DNA from: an uncultured bacterium
GTDB taxonomy: Bacteria; Planctomycetota; UBA1135; GCA-002686595
Reading direction: 5' to 3'
Length of the DNA: 64,000 nucleotides
Assembly: GCA_943787795.1 (NCBI GenBank)
Contig: CALSNU010000002.1
Span: forward strand, 64,001-128,000
Of the stretch, positions 58,797-64,000 are shown one piece after another. The position numbers were made by a program, and so were the translations under genes. Position 1 is the stretch's first letter. Every line of letters begins with the position of its first letter. The notes under the pieces were generated by a model that saw only the letters and a list, made by a program, of their open reading frames with translations, had not been told where the DNA came from and made no database searches.

Positions 58797-60137
58797 ATGA
58801 ACCGACTCGTCCGCCTCGCCGCCGTCGCGGCCCTCGCCCTGTGCCCGTCCGTCTCCGCGCAGGCCCAGGAGACCCCCGCGCGCCAGTACACGCCCGAGCA
58901 GATCGACCGGCTCATCGTCCACGCCCAGTCGGGCTCCGCCGTCATCCGCCCCCAGGCCGCAGAGCGCCTGGCCCGGATCGGCAAGCCGGCGGCCGATCGC
59001 CTGCTCGCCATGGCGGGCACCTCCCTCGGGGAGTTGGCTCTGCTCGGCCCGAGCCTCATCGAGGTCCTTGGCCGCTTCGATGACCCGCGCTTTCGCGCGC
59101 TCCTCTGGCCGGCGATGGAGGACGCGGAGTTCCCCTGGCGACCGGCGGTCTCGCGCTCCCTGGCTCACCGCCCGCTGCCTGCGGAGTGGGGCCGCCTCCA
59201 GGGCTTCCTCGAGGATCCCATCGCGCCCGTCCGCCTCGCCACCCTGGACGCGCTCGCGCTCTTGTCGAGCGATGGCGATGCAGCGCGAGCGGTCCCCTTC
59301 GAGCCGCTCGCCGTCGCGCGCCTGACTGACGAGAACGACGTGGTCCGTCGGAGAGCCGCTGTCCTCCTCGACGGCCGCGGCCACAGCCGCGCGCTCCTGT
59401 GGCTGCTCGAGGACCTGCAGCGCACCGACACCTACTTTGACCTCCCGACGGGCGAGGCCGCCCGCTACGCGGCCGCCAACGCGCTCCAGGCCCTGGACAT
59501 CGACCTCGCCGGCTTCGAGGCGTACCTCCCCCCCACCAAGGAGACCAACCTGGCGGCCCTCGGATCGCTCAAGGAGCGCCTGCTCGCCCGCGCCCGCGCC
59601 TCCGAGGCCAAGCTCCCCGACGCGACTCGAGCGCTTGTCCCCCGGACGGTCCCCGCCATCGCACGGGTCGGCGGCCCCGTCGAGGGCGCCCGGCTCGGGC
59701 TGCTGCTGAAGTCCTGCCGGCGCGGTGATTACTACCTGCGTTGGACCGACGACGACCAGCTCATCATCGGCTACGGCAACCCCGCCCGGGTCAAGCTCCC
59801 CGAGGGCACAACGCGGCGCCTGATGGCAGCCGCAGACACGGCCCAGGAGGCTAACCCCGGCAAGGTCTACTGGGGCCGCCCGGGCTGCGACATGGAGAGC
59901 TTCCGCATGCCCCGCGTGGGCCAACCCGACGCCCGCCTGCAGCAGCTCATCCTCTCCAAAGATGAGCGGCCCGCGCCTGACCTGCGCCCCGCCGCCCTCT
60001 CCACCCTGGGCGCCGCGATGGCCGCGTCGATCCCGACCGACGATGTGCTGGACGCCAGCGACCCCCGAACCCGGGAGCTTGCGCAAAGGGTGCGCGGAGC
60101 GTTCGCGTCCATCGGCGGGCCGGTCGCGCCCCGCTGA
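58797..60137 (+). CDS. Secreted HEAT-repeat-like protein
   Basis: Signal peptide; LEDPIAPVRLATLDAL and LTDENDVVRRRAAVLL repeats. Confidence 0.72.
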   Translation: MNRLVRLAAVAALALCPSVSAQAQETPARQYTPEQIDRLIVHAQSGSAVIRPQAAERLARIGKPAADRLLAMAGTSLGELALLGPSLIEVLGRFDDPRFRALLWPAMEDAEFPWRPAVSRSLAHRPLPAEWGRLQGFLEDPIAPVRLATLDALALLSSDGDAARAVPFEPLAVARLTDENDVVRRRAAVLLDGRGHSRALLWLLEDLQRTDTYFDLPTGEAARYAAANALQALDIDLAGFEAYLPPTKETNLAALGSLKERLLARARASEAKLPDATRALVPRTVPAIARVGGPVEGARLGLLLKSCRRGDYYLRWTDDDQLIIGYGNPARVKLPEGTTRRLMAAADTAQEANPGKVYWGRPGCDMESFRMPRVGQPDARLQQLILSKDERPAPDLRPAALSTLGAAMAASIPTDDVLDASDPRTRELAQRVRGAFASIGGPVAPR

Positions 60138-60180
60138 GCCGCCCACTCGACGCTCGGCCCCGCGCCTCTCCGGAGTCTCC

Positions 60181-60226
60181 GCTCTCGGGCTCGGCTCTTG
60201 GGCTCGGCTCTTAGGCTCAGCTCTCG
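60181..60226. repeat. 13-bp tandem array (gctcttgggctcg), about 3.5 copies, spanning a stop codon
   Basis: gctctcgggctcg / gctcttgggctcg / gctcttaggctca / gctctcg. Confidence 0.8.
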
Positions 60227-61434
60227 AGGACGTCGAGCGAGTGCTCGCCCGTGGCGCGGAGGCGCCGCACGAGCTCATCACCGAGGGCCGTCGTCGGCGT
60301 CAGGACACCGCCCTCCCCGGCCACCAGCGGTCGCTGCACGAGGGCCAACCCTGTCTCCACCAGGATCCGAACGGTGGCCGCGTTCCCCGGGTCGCCCCGC
60401 ATGTCCTGTCGGACCTCGATGGTCCGCCCGTCCGAGAGCGCGAAGTGGGTGGTCGAGCGGGTGACGCCCCCCGAGAGCACGCGCTCCGAGGGTCCCTCCC
60501 CGGGCGAGGGGCCGAAGCGCCTGAAGAGCGCTCGCCCGGCGGCGGTGGAGAGCAGCATCTGACCTGCCCCAAGCGTGAGGGTCGTGGTCCTCGCGGCCAG
60601 CCAGCCCCGGCCGCTCGAGACCGATTGGAACTCGTCGTAGCGGAAGCCCTCACCCAGCGACATGGGCGCCCCGCGCTCGGCGCGCAGGTGAGCGGAGCGC
60701 TGAACGACCCGTCGATTGATGGGCCCCATGAAGAACGGCACCACCCACCGGCCCCCCACCCCATCAAACTCGGGCCACTGGGGGTCCCTCTGGAGGCGGC
60801 GCTCCTCCCCGGTGGACACGTGACCCGGGATCAGCGCGAACGGGTCCGCGAGCTCCCTCGGCGTCGCGGACTCGAAGATGTGGAGCACCGACGCGAGGGT
60901 CCCGCCGTTGAGCCCACCGCGGAGGCGGTAGACGGTGCGGCCGGACTCGAGGTGGAGCCCCTGCTCGGCGGCGTAGGCCGACGCCAGGTAGACGGCCAGG
61001 TCGGCGGGCGCGGAGTCGAAGCCGGAGGCCGGCACCAGCAGCGCGCCGCTCCCGGTCGCCGCCGCGTGGTGGCGCTCGATGATCCGGCGCATCCAGGGCA
61101 CCTCACCGGTCAGGTCTGCGTAGTGCGTGGATGCCGCGGCGCACGCGTCCACCACCGGGTCGCCGTGGATGGCGAAGGGCCCAGCGGTGGAGAGCAGCAC
61201 CCGGGTCGAGCGCGCCATGTCCTCCACCGAGGCCCGGTCGCCCACGTCCGCCACCACCATGTCCATGCCGAGCTCTCCGGCGAGCTCACGCAGGGGCCCT
61301 TCGCGCCGTCCTGCGAGGGCGACCGTGAGTCCGTCCGGTCGGACCTCCGCCAGCCGGCGAGCCGCTCGCTGTCCCGTGAACCCGGTGGCACCGAAGAGCA
61401 CCAGGTCGAAGCGTCGACCGTCGTGGTCGCTCAC
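60217..61434 (-). CDS. Saccharopine dehydrogenase-like oxidoreductase (trans-acting enoyl reductase family)
   Basis: FDLVLFGATGFTG, AGP, HYADLTGE, GFDSAPAD, GGTLAS, GGVLTP; GTGA coupling at 61431-61434. Confidence 0.9.
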   Translation of the reverse strand: MSDHDGRRFDLVLFGATGFTGQRAARRLAEVRPDGLTVALAGRREGPLRELAGELGMDMVVADVGDRASVEDMARSTRVLLSTAGPFAIHGDPVVDACAAASTHYADLTGEVPWMRRIIERHHAAATGSGALLVPASGFDSAPADLAVYLASAYAAEQGLHLESGRTVYRLRGGLNGGTLASVLHIFESATPRELADPFALIPGHVSTGEERRLQRDPQWPEFDGVGGRWVVPFFMGPINRRVVQRSAHLRAERGAPMSLGEGFRYDEFQSVSSGRGWLAARTTTLTLGAGQMLLSTAAGRALFRRFGPSPGEGPSERVLSGGVTRSTTHFALSDGRTIEVRQDMRGDPGNAATVRILVETGLALVQRPLVAGEGGVLTPTTALGDELVRRLRATGEHSLDVLES

Positions 61435-62261
61435 TCTTCGTGGGCGTCGGTGGCCTTGATGGCGAAGGCGCCTGTGGCGTAGCCCGCCTCGTCGCTCTGT
61501 CCCGCCAGCGTGAAGGTGCCGCGCACCACGACCGGGACGTAGGCCCAGTAGGTCGTGCCCTCGGGCGCCATGTCCACATCCACCCACTCGTCCGGCTCGG
61601 GCGCGCCGCCGAAGCAGCACTGCAAGAGGTCCCGCACCAGCATGAAGTGCGGCACCTTGTTCTGGTCCCAGCGCAGTGGGATCATGTAGCCCGTGAGGGC
61701 CACCTCCTCGCCGTCCAGCGCGCGGATCCGATCCGGGAAGCGAATGTCCTCCCCCTCGTACTCCTCGGGATAGACCAGGGCGTCCAGCAGCAGCTCCTTG
61801 TCCGCCTCCGCGAGAGAGAGGTCGCCGTAGCCGATGATCCAGTGCCCCTCGTCGTCCTTGACCCAGTCATAGGACGCCGGATCGAGGGGGTCGGCCCCCT
61901 CGGCGAGCTCGAAGGGCTCGCTCTTCACGGTCCCGATGCGCAGCGGGTTCGCCGCCAGGGCCTCGGGGGTGAGCATGGCCGGATCCACCGAGCCCGCGAG
62001 CCCCTCGATGCCGGTCATCGACCGGGCGGCGGCGCGCGCCCGCACGCTCGCCTCCGCCGTGCTCATCTCCTCGGCCACCGCCTCGGAGGTGTCCGTGAAG
62101 GAACGCCCCATGACCTCGTCCGAGGCCGCGGAGGCCAAAGGCTCTGCGGTGCCGTCCACCGGGGAGGCCTCGGGCCCGCCGCAGCCCCCGGAGAGCAGCG
62201 CGGCCCCCAGGCAGAGCGCGATCGCGGACCGGAGGCTCGGGCGCGACTCAGCCCTCCTCAC
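61431..62261 (-). CDS. DUF3299 domain lipoprotein (ZrgD/PA4066-like)
   Basis: LSGGC lipobox; ALDGEEVALTGYMIPL...FMLV...CCFGGAPEPDEWV; GTG start inferred. Confidence 0.82.
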   Translation of the reverse strand: MRRAESRPSLRSAIALCLGAALLSGGCGGPEASPVDGTAEPLASAASDEVMGRSFTDTSEAVAEEMSTAEASVRARAAARSMTGIEGLAGSVDPAMLTPEALAANPLRIGTVKSEPFELAEGADPLDPASYDWVKDDEGHWIIGYGDLSLAEADKELLLDALVYPEEYEGEDIRFPDRIRALDGEEVALTGYMIPLRWDQNKVPHFMLVRDLLQCCFGGAPEPDEWVDVDMAPEGTTYWAYVPVVVRGTFTLAGQSDEAGYATGAFAIKATDAHEE

Positions 62262-62916
62262 CCTCTCCCTCTCCGTCGTGGTCGTGGTCGTGGTCATGGT
62301 CCTCACCGTCGTGATCATGGCCCTCGCCTTCGTGGTCGTGATCGTGGTCCTCGCCGTCATGATCATGATCGCCCCCGTCGTGGTCGCCGCCCTCACCCGC
62401 AGCGGGCAGGTCGTAGTCGAACTTGACGTTCGTGAACTCCGTCCCGAGCACGGTGACGGCGCGGATCAACCCGTGGAAGTGATGGGCCCCGACCAGCGTC
62501 TCGTCCTTGGCCACGAAGTGGGAGGAGTCCCCCACCGTCTCACCGGACAGCTTGCTCGCCTGCGCCATGAGCTCAAGCTCCAGAGGCGCGTCGCCGTGCA
62601 TGTCGATGGAGACGACCACGGACTCGGAGGGGGAGCGGACGGACTTGTCCGCGTGCCCGCCCCACGTGTACATGGTCAGCTGCCCGGCCTCGGGGTCGAG
62701 GACAAACTCTGCGTTGGCGAAGTGATCCCCGAGCTCCACGAGAATCCCGCCCTCGTCGGCGTGCGGGGCGACGTGAACGTGGCCTTCGTGCGAGTTGCCG
62801 TCGGCGTCTCCGTGATCATGATCATGATCATGATCGTGGGACCCTCCGCAGGAGACGAGGGCCGCGTAGGAGACGAGGAGGAGCGAGGCGCCGAGGCGCG
62901 TGGGTTGAATGGGCAT
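62248..62916 (-). CDS. His/Asp-rich metal-binding lipoprotein
   Basis: LVSC lipobox; HDHDHDHDH after the Cys; APH..GG.LVELGDH; long HD-rich C-terminus. Confidence 0.85.
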   Translation of the reverse strand: MPIQPTRLGASLLLVSYAALVSCGGSHDHDHDHDHGDADGNSHEGHVHVAPHADEGGILVELGDHFANAEFVLDPEAGQLTMYTWGGHADKSVRSPSESVVVSIDMHGDAPLELELMAQASKLSGETVGDSSHFVAKDETLVGAHHFHGLIRAVTVLGTEFTNVKFDYDLPAAGEGGDHDGGDHDHDGEDHDHDHEGEGHDHDGEDHDHDHDHDGEGEGEEG

Positions 62917-62948
62917 GAAAGTGTCCTTGTGAGGGGGTGGCGCCAAGA

Positions 62949-64000
62949 CTACGCGAGGGTCCGCGCCACGTCCGTGGAATAGGCCTTGATGGCCGGAATC
63001 ACGCCTGCGAGCGCCCCAACGGCGACCATGCCCAGGGGCGTCCAGAGGAGCGAAGGGTGCACCGAAGTGACGTCAAGCACCACCCCGGTCTGCTCGCGGA
63101 TGATCATGGCGGACCCGTACAAGATCCCGCCGTAGACGAGGTACCCCACCAGGCTGCCGAGCAGGGCGATGGAGCTGGCCTCGAGCACGATGGCCGAGAA
63201 GACCGTCCGCTTCCGGGCGCCGAGGGCGCGCAGGATCGCGAACTCCCGACGGCGCTCGTTCATGGTGTTGTAGATGCTCGCCAGGAGGCCAAACCCGGCG
63301 ACCACGACCACGAGGTAGGCGACGTAGAGCAGCACCTTGGTGATCCAGCCGATCTTCAGGAAGAATGTGCCGAGCACGGACGCGATGGGCCACGCCAGCG
63401 TCGCAGAGTCCCCGCGCCGGATCTCGTCCTGCATGAACTTGCCGCGGATGGGGCTTGAGTACTTCAGCATCACCGCCGAGACCTCCTTCCACTCGTCCGG
63501 GATCGCGGCGCCGCGCTCGACCTCCTCGGTGCCGCCGGCGAGCTTGTGCCCGTCCATGCGGAAGATGCCCTCGATAGGGATCCAGATCACGCCGTCGTTC
63601 GCGGTGTTGGTGGGCTCGAGGACGCCGGTGATGGTGTACAGCTCCTGGTGCGGCGCCGAGCCCGGCATGTACTGGAGGCCGTGGTAGGGCCGGAAGGTGT
63701 CGCCACGCTTCAGCCCCAGCTTCTCGGCCACCACGCTGCCGAGCACCGCGGTCTGCGAGCCCTCGTCGAAGGGCTCTCCGTTCCCCTGGAAGGTGAACTT
63801 CTCGCCGTCCTGGAACTCGAACACGTCGAAGATCTCGTGCGTGGTCCCGACGATGCGGTAGCCGTAGAGGTTGTCGCCCAGGGCGTAGGGGATCGCGTAG
63901 CGCACGTCGCCCCGGCCCTTGACCTCCTGGTAGAGGCTCCAGGGGATGTTCCCCGGCGAGGTCTCCAGGTGGAAGACGGTGTTGAGCACGAGCTGGAGCT
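62949..64000 (-). CDS. ABC transporter permease (FtsX/MacB family, ZrgC/PA4065-like); 5' end beyond the window
   Basis: IPYALGD..GYRIVGT, YNTMNERRREFAILRALGA, AGVIPAIKAY. Confidence 0.9.
   Translation of the reverse strand, partial: LQLVLNTVFHLETSPGNIPWSLYQEVKGRGDVRYAIPYALGDNLYGYRIVGTTHEIFDVFEFQDGEKFTFQGNGEPFDEGSQTAVLGSVVAEKLGLKRGDTFRPYHGLQYMPGSAPHQELYTITGVLEPTNTANDGVIWIPIEGIFRMDGHKLAGGTEEVERGAAIPDEWKEVSAVMLKYSSPIRGKFMQDEIRRGDSATLAWPIASVLGTFFLKIGWITKVLLYVAYLVVVVAGFGLLASIYNTMNERRREFAILRALGARKRTVFSAIVLEASSIALLGSLVGYLVYGGILYGSAMIIREQTGVVLDVTSVHPSLLWTPLGMVAVGALAGVIPAIKAYSTDVARTLA

Overview
High-GC (roughly 70% by eye) bacterial chromosomal segment. It is almost certainly Planctomycetota: it has the DUF1549/DUF1553 + DUF1501 pair, many lipoproteins, and a secreted protein with a Cys-containing C-terminal domain I associate with deep-branching OM190/Saltatorellus-like planctomycetes. 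About 45 CDS are present. Housekeeping/metabolic genes: idi, rfbA, bioY, tal, AGT aminotransferase, RluA, GDPD, two S9 peptidases, sialate O-acetylesterase. Others: two prepilin-like genes and pilT, an RND pump, an ogt plus double-length UvrA-like operon, a PAPS-synthesis operon (RHH protein, sat, sulfatase-like protein, cysC), and a zrg/PA4063-66-like metal ABC system at the right edge. No rRNA, tRNA, CRISPR, transposase or phage genes were seen. Top find: a gene missing from the ORF track (45208-45552, minus strand) encoding a lipoprotein with an HMA fold whose metal motif reads GMT-[TGA]-GAGC, followed by an fdhF-like SECIS hairpin, i.e. a probable exported selenoprotein metal chaperone. 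Also notable: a shared C-terminal LGY tail on two divergent genes at the sulfate-activation operon, with an interleaved inverted-repeat element between them; a tandem class-II-like UvrA coupled to ogt; an orphan ParB-like gene; many short degenerate tandem arrays at gene ends and after signal peptides; and two +1 frameshifts that are probably sequencing errors. All calls are from motif recognition by eye; no searches were run.
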